A stretch of DNA of 64,000 bases from a virus: IMG/VR virus record IMGVR_UViG_3300024346_000012; one strand, written 5' to 3'. The notes beneath the pieces are model-generated. The model had not been told where the DNA came from. It saw nothing but the letters and a program-made list of their open reading frames with translations, and made no database searches. Shown piece after piece: positions 16,656-25,810 of the stretch. The position numbers and the translations under genes were made by a program. Positions within the stretch are counted from its first letter, which is position 1, and every line of letters starts with the position of its first letter.

Positions 16656-17320
16656 TTTTCATTCCACTTCTTTGCATCTTCTGGTGTGTTGATTTCTACT
16701 CCGTTAAACTCACATGGAAATACACCGATATCCCATCCATTTTTTAACCAGCGGAGTTGTTCTAGTTCTTCAATACGCTCTTCACGTGTGCCTGTCAAAC
16801 CAGGATACATTTCTAACGCATTCCTCTTGTATCCATAAATTCCCAAGTGCCAATCACCATACCCAGTCATGCCTCTACCAAACCATAAACACTTATCTGC
16901 AGCTCTTACTAGTTTAACTGTATTAGGATCATTCTGTTGTTCCTCTGGCATCATAGCACACATAGTAGTAACAGGATAGTTTTTTAAATGCCAAATCGTC
17001 TTTTCGATCATTTCCTCTGTCACATCAGGCATATCACCTTGAACATTAATATACTGGTCATACTTACGAATTAGATTTATTGCGCCAGCACATCTTTCAG
17101 TTCCATTTTGGTAATCAGTATTATCTATCCTACAATCATTATCATTAAATAGATGCGCAATAGACATATCGTCTGTTAGTACATATGTGTCGTAGCCAGT
17201 TGCTACACACTTATCATATACTCGTTTAACCATAGGAACACCATCTAAAAGTGTTAGTGGCTTACCAGGAAAACGTGTGCTGCCGTATCTAGCCGGTATA
17301 AGAATAGCGGTGGATGTCAT
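16652..17320 (-). CDS. kdsB: CMP-KDO synthetase (3-deoxy-manno-octulosonate cytidylyltransferase)
   Basis: IPARYGSTRFPGKPL, GTERC, INVQGD, HLGIYGY, LEQLRWL. Confidence 0.92.
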   Translation of the reverse strand: MTSTAILIPARYGSTRFPGKPLTLLDGVPMVKRVYDKCVATGYDTYVLTDDMSIAHLFNDNDCRIDNTDYQNGTERCAGAINLIRKYDQYINVQGDMPDVTEEMIEKTIWHLKNYPVTTMCAMMPEEQQNDPNTVKLVRAADKCLWFGRGMTGYGDWHLGIYGYKRNALEMYPGLTGTREERIEELEQLRWLKNGWDIGVFPCEFNGVEINTPEDAKKWNEK

Positions 17321-18062
17321 CTACGGTCCTTTCAAAATCTTCTAGTTTTAACATATTAGGACCATCGCTTGGTGCTAGATCAGGTTCAGGATGGACTTCC
17401 AAGAAAAAAGATTTAATCCCAAGAGCAGCCCCGCTACGAGCCAGCCCAGGCACGTAATCCCTATTACCGCCTGAACTATTGCCCTGTCCTCCGGGTTTTT
17501 GGGCAGAGTGCGTACAATCGAAAACAATATCATGTTTAAAATTGTCGAGCATATACATAAGCCCAGTATAGTCAACGACAAGAGTGTTATAGCCAAAACT
17601 AGTTCCTCGCTCAGTTATCCAAACGTCTTTAGCGCCTTCAGTCTTACTTATCACTCCTTTCATATCCCAAGGGGCCATGAACTGACCTTTTTTTATATTT
17701 ACTATCTTGTCTGTGGCACAGGCTGCTTGGATTAAATCAGTCTGCCTGCACAAAAATGCAGGTATCTGATAGACATCAACAGCATCTTTAAACTGTCGTT
17801 CAATGCGCCTAACTTGTACGTGGTCGTGCACATCAGTAAGTGTCTTTATACCTAACTCTGTTTTTATTGCAAGAAAGTCAGTAAGTGTTGCTTCTAGGCC
17901 CGTGCCACGTTTGCCTTGCATACTTGAGCGGTTTGCTTTATCGAAGCTTGCTTTGAAATAATACTCAAAGCCGTACTTATCGCACACTCGTTTACACTCT
18001 CGTGCAATATCTGCTGACTCAGCTAACGACTCATGTTGACAAGGTCCTGCTATAATTCTCAC
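17289..18062 (-). CDS. kdsA: KDO-8-phosphate synthase
   Basis: IAGPC, KASFDKANRSS, QIPAFLCRQTDL, NIKKGQF, ERGTSFGY, FDCTHS, EVHP.P..A.SDG. Confidence 0.95.
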   Translation of the reverse strand: MRIIAGPCQHESLAESADIARECKRVCDKYGFEYYFKASFDKANRSSMQGKRGTGLEATLTDFLAIKTELGIKTLTDVHDHVQVRRIERQFKDAVDVYQIPAFLCRQTDLIQAACATDKIVNIKKGQFMAPWDMKGVISKTEGAKDVWITERGTSFGYNTLVVDYTGLMYMLDNFKHDIVFDCTHSAQKPGGQGNSSGGNRDYVPGLARSGAALGIKSFFLEVHPEPDLAPSDGPNMLKLEDFERTVDDIHRYSYTG

Positions 18063-18250
18063 CCTTCAAATCCTTTATGATTGCGGACAATAAATTCAGT
18101 TTCTTCAGGAGTCAATTGAGTAATACGCTTATGCGCAGCATTCAATTGTTCTTGTAACTCTCTCACGTTCTGTTGAAGAATCTCGATTGTATTTGACTGT
18201 GATACAATTATCTTGCGGTTCTTTTCGGCTTCCATTTCATCTGGTAACAC
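18059..18250 (-). CDS. Small coiled-coil protein
   Basis: Heptad pattern, coupled to flanking genes. Confidence 0.55.
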   Translation of the reverse strand: MLPDEMEAEKNRKIIVSQSNTIEILQQNVRELQEQLNAAHKRITQLTPEETEFIVRNHKGFEG

Positions 18251-19197
18251 TATTGTATAACTCCATTTTTATATGCGTATTCAAGCGCATTATTAGCTTC
18301 GGTATCTAATGGCCTATTTTCGTATATATTAGCAGTATCTTTATCAAGCTGTCTTACTAGATCAACTATCTGGCTTGCAGTAATAGGATATTGCTTTTCA
18401 ATAGCGTTTCCAGCAATAGAGATCATCATCTTATAAATCATTCTATATCTTCCAGTGCCATCAATGTTAGCGATGCTCATATACTCACGTAGAAGGGTTT
18501 TATTTACAAACGGGCAATCGCTATAGCTTGACCACACATAACTAGTATTATCTAGTTTAGATTTTCTGTAATCAATAATTTGTTCTTTCCAAGCATCTGG
18601 TAATCTGTCTAAAAAGTCTTTACTATTTTGTTTTTCGCTGTATTCCCATTTAGCCATAAGCGCTGATGGATCTATATCTACTCCATCGTCATTAGAGAAT
18701 ATGAAGTTATTAGCTTTATTGTAAGCTGCAGGCACATAATACATACGAGATAGGTCTTTAGTCTGTTTATCTCCAAGAGAATTAATCTCTGAGTTTAGAG
18801 CAAACCAAAAGTGTTTAATTCTATCCGCTTCAAGCCTTTCTGTAAGAGGAAATACAATACGAAACTTAGGTAGAGTATCATTGCTGCTAGCAGTAGAATA
18901 AACTATAAATCTATAGTTTCCAAATTTACCTATAAGATCACTCTCTAAGTCTCCTTGTGGCTCATAGTCGTCAACATCTACAGCAGCCCAACCTCCCCAA
19001 TCTAGAACATTTTTATTAGCGCGTGTGGTATTCTTAACATAAGAAGAAGGAGAGATTAGCTCAGCATCTAGCTTATCATTTAATGGCCGTTCGGATAACT
19101 TGTATAGAAACTTCTTAAACTTATCCCATGAGTCAAAGTCTAGACGCCTATGAGTTTTATTATCATATCTATTTTTAAAAACAGTAAGAGAGTACAT
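18250..19197 (-). CDS. Archaeo-eukaryotic primase (AEP)/primase-polymerase with PriCT-like C-terminus
   Basis: AAVDVDD (DxD), YSTASS...KFRIVFPL, D..TKDLSRMYYVP; coupled to DNA polymerase. Confidence 0.65.
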   Translation of the reverse strand: MYSLTVFKNRYDNKTHRRLDFDSWDKFKKFLYKLSERPLNDKLDAELISPSSYVKNTTRANKNVLDWGGWAAVDVDDYEPQGDLESDLIGKFGNYRFIVYSTASSNDTLPKFRIVFPLTERLEADRIKHFWFALNSEINSLGDKQTKDLSRMYYVPAAYNKANNFIFSNDDGVDIDPSALMAKWEYSEKQNSKDFLDRLPDAWKEQIIDYRKSKLDNTSYVWSSYSDCPFVNKTLLREYMSIANIDGTGRYRMIYKMMISIAGNAIEKQYPITASQIVDLVRQLDKDTANIYENRPLDTEANNALEYAYKNGVIQ

Positions 19198-21779
19198 TAC
19201 ATAAAAAATTCTTCTAAGGTTGCAACAGGTTCAGGTTTCCAATCGACCGCATCTAGAATAGGTAGAAGAGGGTCAATGAATGTCTTCTGAAACATTATAC
19301 CATAGTCTACATACTTATGTAAACCAATTTCTTTTGGTAAAACGCCTGGAAACGAAATAACATTTTCTTTTATAGGGTTAGGGAGTTTAAGATACAAAAA
19401 CTTGATCTTTTCTCCAGTTTTAACTAACTCATATCTTTTATCTAGCTTATAGTCTTTGACAGTTTTATTGTACAAAATAGAACCTCGTACATGGATAGGA
19501 GTACCTTTAGCATATATGGTACGCCTATCTTTCCACTTGTCAAGTTGAGTTACGCCACGAGGAAACGCTACCTTTTCAGGATCTAAAGAGCTAAACTCGT
19601 TTTTAAAGTCAGATATAAATTTCTGTGTAGTTCTTTCGTCACTATTTATAATTACCTTAAATATTTCTTTAAACTTATCGCGTACAACCTCAGGAGTAGA
19701 AGACTTAATAGCTTCGATACCCATCATCTTAAGTTTAGGCTCAGCAAACTGCACGCCTTCAGAATTGTGTACATTTAGAATATACCTTTTCTTAGCCGTC
19801 CAGATGCCACGATCTGCAATAACTTCACGAGCCATTTCCATACGAGGTATATAGCCATTCATAACAAAGAAGAACTGGTCGTAGGATTTTGCCATGACTG
19901 GTTCAAAATGGTCTTTACATATTTTGTCTAAGAATTTGACAGGATCTTTTGGTTCGAACTTCTTAACAAGGGGACCCATATTGACATAGATTGAATCAGT
20001 ATCAATAGCGACTATATAATCCTTATTTGCTTGTGTGATATCGTTCATAGCTTTGTTCATACACTGCTCAGCCCACTTGATAACAGTCTGGCCAGTAAGT
20101 GTAACAGATTCTGCTAGAGCGTTATCGAAGTACTTAAAGTACTTGTTAGCAAGAGCGCCATATAAAGAGTTAAGTAAGATTTTAATAGCCATCTGGTTAT
20201 TTTCAAGCTGATTGATCTTAGACTCTAGTTTTTTATCTTTAGTTTTTTCATATTCAGATTGAGTGGCAAGCATTTCTTTTTTAATAGTGCTTCTTTCTGC
20301 ATAATAATCTACAATCAACTCTGGAATAATACCCTGTTTAGAGCGCTCAAACGGTACACCAGAAGCACACACGGCATACTTGTCGTCTATAGTTGTAGAT
20401 CTATCATGCTTGGAAAGATAGTAATCAACTCCTTGTGGGAACCGAATAGTGTGATCTCTACATATAGTTTCTGGTGATATATTATGTTGAACAATTATAT
20501 TAGGATATAGAGAGTTAAGGTCGAATGATACAACCCAGTCATGAGATCCGACATGAGGATCTTTTACGTAACCACCAGCAATTGCATGCGACTTACCTTT
20601 TTCTCTGGCTTCAGAACCAGGCTTTGCTACTGAAGTTTCTGTAGCACCAACTATTGCATATGGTACCTTTTGAATTTGTTTAGCTGGACATATCACATTG
20701 TTATTAAGTAGTCTGCGATAAATGATAGACTCCCATATGCCAACAACACCAAATGTATCGCTCACGTTTACACCACCACGATATGCCATAGTTAAGGCAA
20801 GAGAGATAAGACCCATCTTTTGGTCAATGCGATCTACGAGTTGAACATCTTTAATGTTATAGTCAATAAACTTTTGATGATCTTCTTTATATAGAGTATA
20901 AAGATTACCATGCTCTTCGTACGATAACTTCTTTTCACCAAGGACTGTATAAGCAATGTGGTCAAGCTTAAAGGATTCTTGATTGCCGTATGAGTAACCA
21001 AACTTTTTAAATAGTTCAAGGTAATCTGCCTGCTGAATACCTACTAACTCAAAGGCCAAAAGCTCACGATTTAGAGATTTAACAGTGCGTTCATTTACTG
21101 AACCCCAAGGTGAGAGTCTTTTCATAGCAGCTTCGGAGCCAAGCATAGAAATGCGGTTTACTATATAAGGGATATCAAAGAAGCGTGAATTCCAACCAGT
21201 AATAACATCTGGATAGTTTTTAGTCCAATATCCTAAAAATTTGGCAAGCAGATCTTCTTCTGAATTGCAATGATGGTATTGAATTAAATCTCCATGCATA
21301 TCAATTTCGGTTTTAGAAGAGTCATAAGTATCTAAACCCCACACTTGGTAAACAGAAGACTTACTTGACTTAAGTGCTATAGAAATAATAGGGTATGCAG
21401 CTTCTTCAGGTGTAGGAAATCCATTATCAGATGCAACCTCGATATCAAAGTTAACGACATTCACATCGCTAATGTTAAATTTTATATCTTTTGGAAACTT
21501 GTCAGTAATAAATTGGTGAATATAATTGGTGGTGCCATGTACAGCAAAATTAGGTACGCCTTCATATTTTTCTGCGAATTCCTTTGCCTCGCGCATAGAA
21601 TCAAATTGTATGGGTTGTAATGGTTTACCAAATAAAGAATGGTATCTAGAATCTTCTCTGGATTCCATATACAATGTAGGTTTAAATTTGTATTTTTGAG
21701 ATATTGCTGCTCCGCTATCGTTATAGCCTCGGTACAATATTGAATTACCGTATCTGTTTACGGATGTATAAAAAGCCAT
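19197..21779 (-). CDS. gp43: Family B DNA polymerase (T4 gp43)
   Basis: Exo DIE, GWNS.FFD, YNIKD; [22 protein letters not shown]; C-terminal clamp motif TLEEFF. Confidence 0.97.
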   Translation of the reverse strand: MAFYTSVNRYGNSILYRGYNDSGAAISQKYKFKPTLYMESREDSRYHSLFGKPLQPIQFDSMREAKEFAEKYEGVPNFAVHGTTNYIHQFITDKFPKDIKFNISDVNVVNFDIEVASDNGFPTPEEAAYPIISIALKSSKSSVYQVWGLDTYDSSKTEIDMHGDLIQYHHCNSEEDLLAKFLGYWTKNYPDVITGWNSRFFDIPYIVNRISMLGSEAAMKRLSPWGSVNERTVKSLNRELLAFELVGIQQADYLELFKKFGYSYGNQESFKLDHIAYTVLGEKKLSYEEHGNLYTLYKEDHQKFIDYNIKDVQLVDRIDQKMGLISLALTMAYRGGVNVSDTFGVVGIWESIIYRRLLNNNVICPAKQIQKVPYAIVGATETSVAKPGSEAREKGKSHAIAGGYVKDPHVGSHDWVVSFDLNSLYPNIIVQHNISPETICRDHTIRFPQGVDYYLSKHDRSTTIDDKYAVCASGVPFERSKQGIIPELIVDYYAERSTIKKEMLATQSEYEKTKDKKLESKINQLENNQMAIKILLNSLYGALANKYFKYFDNALAESVTLTGQTVIKWAEQCMNKAMNDITQANKDYIVAIDTDSIYVNMGPLVKKFEPKDPVKFLDKICKDHFEPVMAKSYDQFFFVMNGYIPRMEMAREVIADRGIWTAKKRYILNVHNSEGVQFAEPKLKMMGIEAIKSSTPEVVRDKFKEIFKVIINSDERTTQKFISDFKNEFSSLDPEKVAFPRGVTQLDKWKDRRTIYAKGTPIHVRGSILYNKTVKDYKLDKRYELVKTGEKIKFLYLKLPNPIKENVISFPGVLPKEIGLHKYVDYGIMFQKTFIDPLLPILDAVDWKPEPVATLEEFFM

Positions 21780-21801
21780 GGGTTCTCCTATCAACAATAC
21801 C

Positions 21802-21843
21802 ATTCTAACACGAAAAAGGGGAGTTGTAAACCCCCCTTTTTAA
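21802..21843 (-). promoter_or_regulatory. Promoter TTTACA-17-TAGAAT for gp43 overlapping a terminator hairpin
   Basis: AAAAAGGGG...CCCCTTTTT inverted repeat contains the -35 hexamer. Confidence 0.65.
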
Positions 21844-21875
21844 AAATCTTTACTTTAGCTGTTATATCTTGGCTA

Positions 21876-22055
21876 TCATGAAGATCTGGTCCGATAGTAC
21901 GAACGATATATCTCGGTCAGCTCTTGTTGATCAGTAGATTCTTGTACAATATAATCTTCTTTATCTACTCTATGACCGTCTGCAATAGACATAGCGTCTT
22001 CTAAACGCGATGCTATAGCCAATATCTCTCCATCTTTTTTTCTGACTATATGCAC
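21876..22055 (-). CDS. Hypothetical protein (59 aa)
   Basis: Manual translation from GTG: MHIVRKKDGEILAIASRLEDA... Confidence 0.5.
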   Translation of the reverse strand: MHIVRKKDGEILAIASRLEDAMSIADGHRVDKEDYIVQESTDQQELTEIYRSYYRTRSS

Positions 22056-22213
22056 TATTCTAAACCTATACAGGGAATAAGAATAGACTGCTTGCAGTTA
22101 TCTGGATAAGCAATGGCTGAGCCGAGTATAGGCAGACCTACCATACCAATGATAATAATTAAAAAGGCCCAACCTAGACCTTTTGTGGTGCAATAGTTTG
22201 TTTGCTCACTCAT
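22055..22213 (-). CDS. Small single-TM protein (52 aa)
   Basis: MSEQTNYCTTKGLGWAFLIIIIGMVGLPILGSAIAYPDNCKQSILIPCIGLE; RBS GGAG. Confidence 0.6.
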   Translation of the reverse strand: MSEQTNYCTTKGLGWAFLIIIIGMVGLPILGSAIAYPDNCKQSILIPCIGLE

Positions 22214-22214
22214 A

Positions 22215-22517
22215 TTAACGCTCCGCCAGTACTATAGTACTTTGAGAATCATGATAGTCCCCGCTTTCATAGTAGTCTCGGAATGCCATTTCCTTTATCA
22301 TCGTACCATCTTTTACACGATACGTTACGATTTCCCTGCGAACAACATTCTTGATGTCTGCATCAAATGCAGATTTAAAAGGTCCTTCATCACTCATTTT
22401 TATAAAGTCTCCAGCACTAGTAAATTTCAAGTCTTGCATATCATTATTCATGTTCGCCGCCATCACCTCTGCCGCTATAGCTACCAAATACATTTGGTTT
22501 ACGATTAGCAGTTTCAA
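22215..22517 (-). CDS. Hypothetical protein
   Basis: ORF track; true start probably near 22450 (MNNDMQ). Confidence 0.55.
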   Translation of the reverse strand: MKLLIVNQMYLVAIAAEVMAANMNNDMQDLKFTSAGDFIKMSDEGPFKSAFDADIKNVVRREIVTYRVKDGTMIKEMAFRDYYESGDYHDSQSTIVLAER

Positions 22518-22740
22518 ATGTTGCTACCGTAATAGCAACAGCGCCCAATAGCAATGTATGTAACATCATACTGAATACTCCAGCCCACATGCTTCCTACA
22601 ATAATTGCGAATACGATACACCACATCCATGCAAGAACTTGCATAATCATGTGGCGAGTGCTAAAATCTGGAATATTGCTTAAAGGATTTTTTTCATGGT
22701 CCATTACTACATTCCAGCAGTTAATAACAAAAGCTCTCAT
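22444..22740 (-). CDS. Two-TM membrane protein
   Basis: NPLSNIPD...HMIMQVLAWMWC, two hydrophobic helices. Confidence 0.65.
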   Translation of the reverse strand: MRAFVINCWNVVMDHEKNPLSNIPDFSTRHMIMQVLAWMWCIVFAIIVGSMWAGVFSMMLHTLLLGAVAITVATFETANRKPNVFGSYSGRGDGGEHE

Positions 22741-22952
22741 TATTTTTTATCCGATACAAAAGAATACATTTCCTTTGCTTTTTCTTGAAGTTCTTCCATA
22801 GTATACATTGCTGGGACTTCTTCAATAGTTTTCTTACCAGCTTCTACCATTTGGGCAAACAAAGCTGTATTTAATTCTACTTGTTTATCCATGTAGTCTT
22901 TTGCCATAGCAAGAATGTCTGCACGGATTTCGAATGGATTTTTATTAGTCAT
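22740..22952 (-). CDS. Hypothetical protein
   Basis: KNPFEIR..IL.MAKDY motif; RBS AGGAG; late promoter at 23037-23044. Confidence 0.65.
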   Translation of the reverse strand: MTNKNPFEIRADILAMAKDYMDKQVELNTALFAQMVEAGKKTIEEVPAMYTMEELQEKAKEMYSFVSDKK

Positions 22953-22983
22953 AATAGACTCCTATATGTTGTGTGTGTGACTA

Positions 22984-23005
22984 AGAGGGCGATCTCCCGC
23001 CCTCT
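22984..23005. terminator. Stem-loop (possible terminator or processing hairpin)
   Basis: AGAGGGCG-6nt-CGCCCTCT inverted repeat. Confidence 0.5.
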
Positions 23006-23025
23006 AGCTTTTTAAAGCATTCTCA

Positions 23026-23175
23026 TTATAATGAGGTATTTATAATACATTCGCTTGACTGACTATATGTATCGAATACTGCATAAAATCCTATCAGTAT
23101 GCAAACAACAGTTAGTGTCGACATTACTATAAAAGAAGCTAGTCCAAGCTTCTCTACCAACTCTGATGCTACCAT
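23026..23175 (-). CDS. Small single-TM protein (49 aa) coupled to atpE
   Basis: [37 protein letters not shown]...; TAATG overlap with the atpE stop. Confidence 0.55.
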   Translation of the reverse strand: MVASELVEKLGLASFIVMSTLTVVCILIGFYAVFDTYSQSSECIINTSL

Positions 23176-23396
23176 TATACGGCAAACATTAATAGAAGTG
23201 AAATAAGAAATGCAAAGATTCCTAATGCTTCTGCAAATGCTATACCGACAAACATCGTTGAATTGTCAGCTTTTTTAGGCATGTGCTTTAATACACTACC
23301 TACTACCATCGAAACTCCAATAGCCGCTCCGCCCATTGCAAAAGTTGCTAGGCCAGCGCCTATATATGCGCCCATTGTTGCAATATCACCGGTCAT
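23175..23396 (-). CDS. atpE: ATP synthase Fo subunit c homologue with divergent polar loop
   Basis: GDIA.MG.YIGAGLA N-helix and [24 protein letters not shown]-helix closely resemble Rhodobacteraceae subunit c; loop is KHMPKKADN instead of the conserved R(N/Q)P loop. Confidence 0.9.
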   Translation of the reverse strand: MTGDIATMGAYIGAGLATFAMGGAAIGVSMVVGSVLKHMPKKADNSTMFVGIAFAEALGIFAFLISLLLMFAV

Positions 23397-23565
23397 CGTG
23401 TAATTCCCGTATTTGCATCATACAACGTTTGGCTTCCTCGGTGTAACCCATTCTTGCGAGTTCCGCAGCCGCTCTCGAGTATCCCACCGTCTGGGTGAAA
23501 CGATCTAGAGAAGACCACAAACCCGACAATGGCGAGAAGACATAGTTTGCTACTAAAGTCGTCAT
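23386..23565 (-). CDS. Hypothetical protein ([13 protein letters not shown] motif)
   Basis: Coupled ORF in the hsp20 operon. Confidence 0.65.
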   Translation of the reverse strand: MTTLVANYVFSPLSGLWSSLDRFTQTVGYSRAAAELARMGYTEEAKRCMMQIRELHDDR

Positions 23566-23819
23566 TAGACCCATCCTCGCAAATTTTTGTTTGCTTTGAC
23601 GTGTGATATTGACGATTTTAATCGAGCAACATCATAGATGTCACCTCGACATAGACCAATGTCTGCTAAGTCATAGTCAGATAGGTTGCCTAAAGCTTTT
23701 TCAGTTTCACGAATTGCTTTACGTTCAATCCGATTATTGTAAACACTTTTCAGCGTTTCAATGATTAGTTCAAGTGCTTTCGTTGAGTAGCTGTGCGCTA
23801 CTAGTATTGCTTGTGTCAT
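23565..23819 (-). CDS. DUF1127 (YjiS-like) protein
   Basis: L..LSDYDLADIGLCRGDI signature; start reset to MTQAIL (RBS GAGGA). Confidence 0.85.
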   Translation of the reverse strand: MTQAILVAHSYSTKALELIIETLKSVYNNRIERKAIRETEKALGNLSDYDLADIGLCRGDIYDVARLKSSISHVKANKNLRGWV

Positions 23820-24240
23820 TTTGTTTCCTCGTTTGACCAATATTGATTTTACGAGGACGCATTTCTTCTGGAATGACATACTGCAATTCAATTGCCAGAA
23901 TACCATCCTGAATATCTGCTCCGTTTACATTTACATGTTCGGACAGCCTAAAGGTTCGTTTAAATTTCTTTGTCGAAATGCCACGATGGATAAACTCTCT
24001 ACCTTTAGAGACGTGCTCTCCCTTTACTGTTAAAGTCCTGTCTTTGACTTCAATATTAATTTCATCCTTTGAAAACCCCGCAATAGCAAGTTCAATCAGA
24101 TAATCAGATTCTGATGTCTTAATAATGTTATGTGGGGGATAGTGGTCTTGAGCATGTTTTGCAGTGAACTCTAGTTCATTAAACAAATGGTCAAAACCAA
24201 CAAAAGATGAACGCGGGAAAAGTGTTTGTAAGCCTGTCAT
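23770..24240 (-). CDS. hsp20: Small heat-shock protein Hsp20/IbpA
   Basis: GFDHLF, YPPHNI, IELAIAGF, HRGIS...F.R.F.L, DGIL.I.L...IPEE.RPRKI. Confidence 0.95.
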   Translation of the reverse strand: MTGLQTLFPRSSFVGFDHLFNELEFTAKHAQDHYPPHNIIKTSESDYLIELAIAGFSKDEINIEVKDRTLTVKGEHVSKGREFIHRGISTKKFKRTFRLSEHVNVNGADIQDGILAIELQYVIPEEMRPRKINIGQTRKQNDTSNTSSAQLLNEST

Positions 24241-24296
24241 TGTTATCTCCTTTTGAGCAAGCAAGATTAAAAATGGACCCAGTTAACTGGCATCCG
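24241..24296 (-). promoter_or_regulatory. ROSE-like RNA thermometer in hsp20 leader
   Basis: AUCUU(G)CUU pairs with the SD AAGGAGAU with a bulged G; upstream hairpin GGAUGCCAG-UUAA-CUGGGUCC. Confidence 0.7.
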
Positions 24297-24300
24297 TAGT

Positions 24301-24353
24301 TATTTATATATCTATTATATAATACTTTTATGCAAAATGTACATAGCCAATAT
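24301..24353 (-). promoter_or_regulatory. Tandem late (TATAAATA) and early (TGTACA-18-TATAAT) promoters for the hsp20 operon
   Basis: TATTTATA at 24301-24308; TGTACA near 24348-24353. Confidence 0.6.
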
Positions 24354-24360
24354 GTATTTT

Positions 24361-24633
24361 TTACACTTCTAAGTCAATTAATTGACCCTGTGGAATTGGG
24401 CTCGGATCTACCGAGCCACTGCCGTTATATCGGAGAGCAGCTTGCTCTCTTAGAGTTTGAATTTCTTCAGCTCTGGCTATAACTTCTTTGCGGCTGTTAA
24501 TTCTAATTTCAGCCCGCGTGGCTGCTTCAACCACGCGGAGCCTTTCTTTTTTTAGATGCGCATCAATGTTTTCTGAATTCGGATATACTGGCACGTATGG
24601 TACAAATTTAGAATTTGATACTGCGCTTGTCAT
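24361..24633 (-). CDS. Hypothetical protein
   Basis: ORF coupled to regA. Confidence 0.55.
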   Translation of the reverse strand: MTSAVSNSKFVPYVPVYPNSENIDAHLKKERLRVVEAATRAEIRINSRKEVIARAEEIQTLREQAALRYNGSGSVDPSPIPQGQLIDLEV

Positions 24634-25043
24634 TGAGACCTATTTCCTATATTATATTTAGGACAAAGCTCCCAGTTATTCTTTTCTTTAAATGGGATTA
24701 TTTTAATAAGCCTTAAAGGAGCACAATCTAGTTCTCTCTTTGTTTCGAACTCAATTAATCCCCAATCACTTAGTAGTTGTGCAATCGTATTACGTCTTTG
24801 TATATCGCTTTTTTCTAAATTAGCTTTCTTACCGTCAAGCAAAAATAGCTCTTTAAAATGTACTATGAAGTATCTACCTTGCTTATGTAATATATGACAT
24901 GATTGAAATAGTTTCTTATCTTTACGTGAAGCCACTCCAATACGAGTAAGTGTTTCTCTCACCTTTAAGAAATCATCTGGTTCGTTTAAATGGATCTCGA
25001 ACATATCAGTCGGGCTCCATTCTATTAAATTACTTTCTTCCAC
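24630..25043 (-). CDS. regA: Translational repressor RegA
   Basis: PDDFLKVRETLTRIG, QSCHILHKQGRY.IVHFKELF, RRNTIA.LL.DWGL. Confidence 0.96.
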   Translation of the reverse strand: MEESNLIEWSPTDMFEIHLNEPDDFLKVRETLTRIGVASRKDKKLFQSCHILHKQGRYFIVHFKELFLLDGKKANLEKSDIQRRNTIAQLLSDWGLIEFETKRELDCAPLRLIKIIPFKEKNNWELCPKYNIGNRSQ

Positions 25044-25407
25044 CTTTGCTCACCTTCTTTTTTATTACAGTTATCTGCTCTGGTGATAGGAGAGGTAAAA
25101 CTTGTCTAGCTTTTTCATTGCTGTATGCATAGTACTCTTTAACCGCTTCAATATCACTGTGTGTTTCAGGTTTTATCCATTTAGAAAAACGCTTGCGTTT
25201 TCTGATTGTATTTATAAGAAAGTGATATTGCAGTTTTTTGTCGATATGGTGGTATTGGTTTACCACATTAGCCAGACCAACAGTGTCATTAAAATAAGAA
25301 AGACTACGATTAACAATATAAGAGTTGTATCCTCGCTCATCTATATCGTCCTCCATTATGTCTTTTTTTGTAAAGTTAATACTATTTAAATAATCAAACG
25401 GGTTCAT
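25030..25407 (-). CDS. gp62: Clamp loader small subunit (gp62)
   Basis: FDYLNSIN, NRSLSYF.D, RKRKRFSKW, YY.YS.EKA; synteny. Confidence 0.92.
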   Translation of the reverse strand: MNPFDYLNSINFTKKDIMEDDIDERGYNSYIVNRSLSYFNDTVGLANVVNQYHHIDKKLQYHFLINTIRKRKRFSKWIKPETHSDIEAVKEYYAYSNEKARQVLPLLSPEQITVIKKKVSKGGRK

Positions 25408-25700
25408 AAGGATCCTTCAATACCGCTATCTTGCCAAGGCCAGACAGAAGCTTTTTCTTCATCAATAAGAGTTTTTAGTTCTTCAGCTGTATAATCACGC
25501 GTGTTGGGCTTCTTATTAATATGTGTAGACCCGACATATAGCTGAGGCACAGTTTTATGGCCTTCGTAATACAAAAATTCTTTTGCTGCTGGTCTTTCTT
25601 TTATATCGTATGTTTCGTACTCGACTCCAGCTTCATTCAGCATTTCTTTCATAATATCGCAGTACGGACACATAGGTTGTGTGTATAAAAATACTTTCAT
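25404..25700 (-). CDS. Glutaredoxin
   Basis: CPYC active site and TVPQ. Confidence 0.9.
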   Translation of the reverse strand: MKVFLYTQPMCPYCDIMKEMLNEAGVEYETYDIKERPAAKEFLYYEGHKTVPQLYVGSTHINKKPNTRDYTAEELKTLIDEEKASVWPWQDSGIEGSL

Positions 25701-25708
25701 TTATTTTC

Positions 25709-25810
25709 CTAACCTACTAAGCTAATAATAAAATTATGAAGAGCTTTAAACAGTACTGCGTTATCATATATTAACAACCATAATATAACTATTCCAACAG
25801 CAAGTCTCAT
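25709..25810 (-). CDS. Small hydrophobic peptide (33 aa)
   Basis: MRLAVGIVIIWLLIYDNAVLFKALHNFIISLVG; ATGA overlap with the gp44 stop; fills the intergenic gap. Confidence 0.45.
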   Translation of the reverse strand: MRLAVGIVILWLLIYDNAVLFKALHNFIISLVG

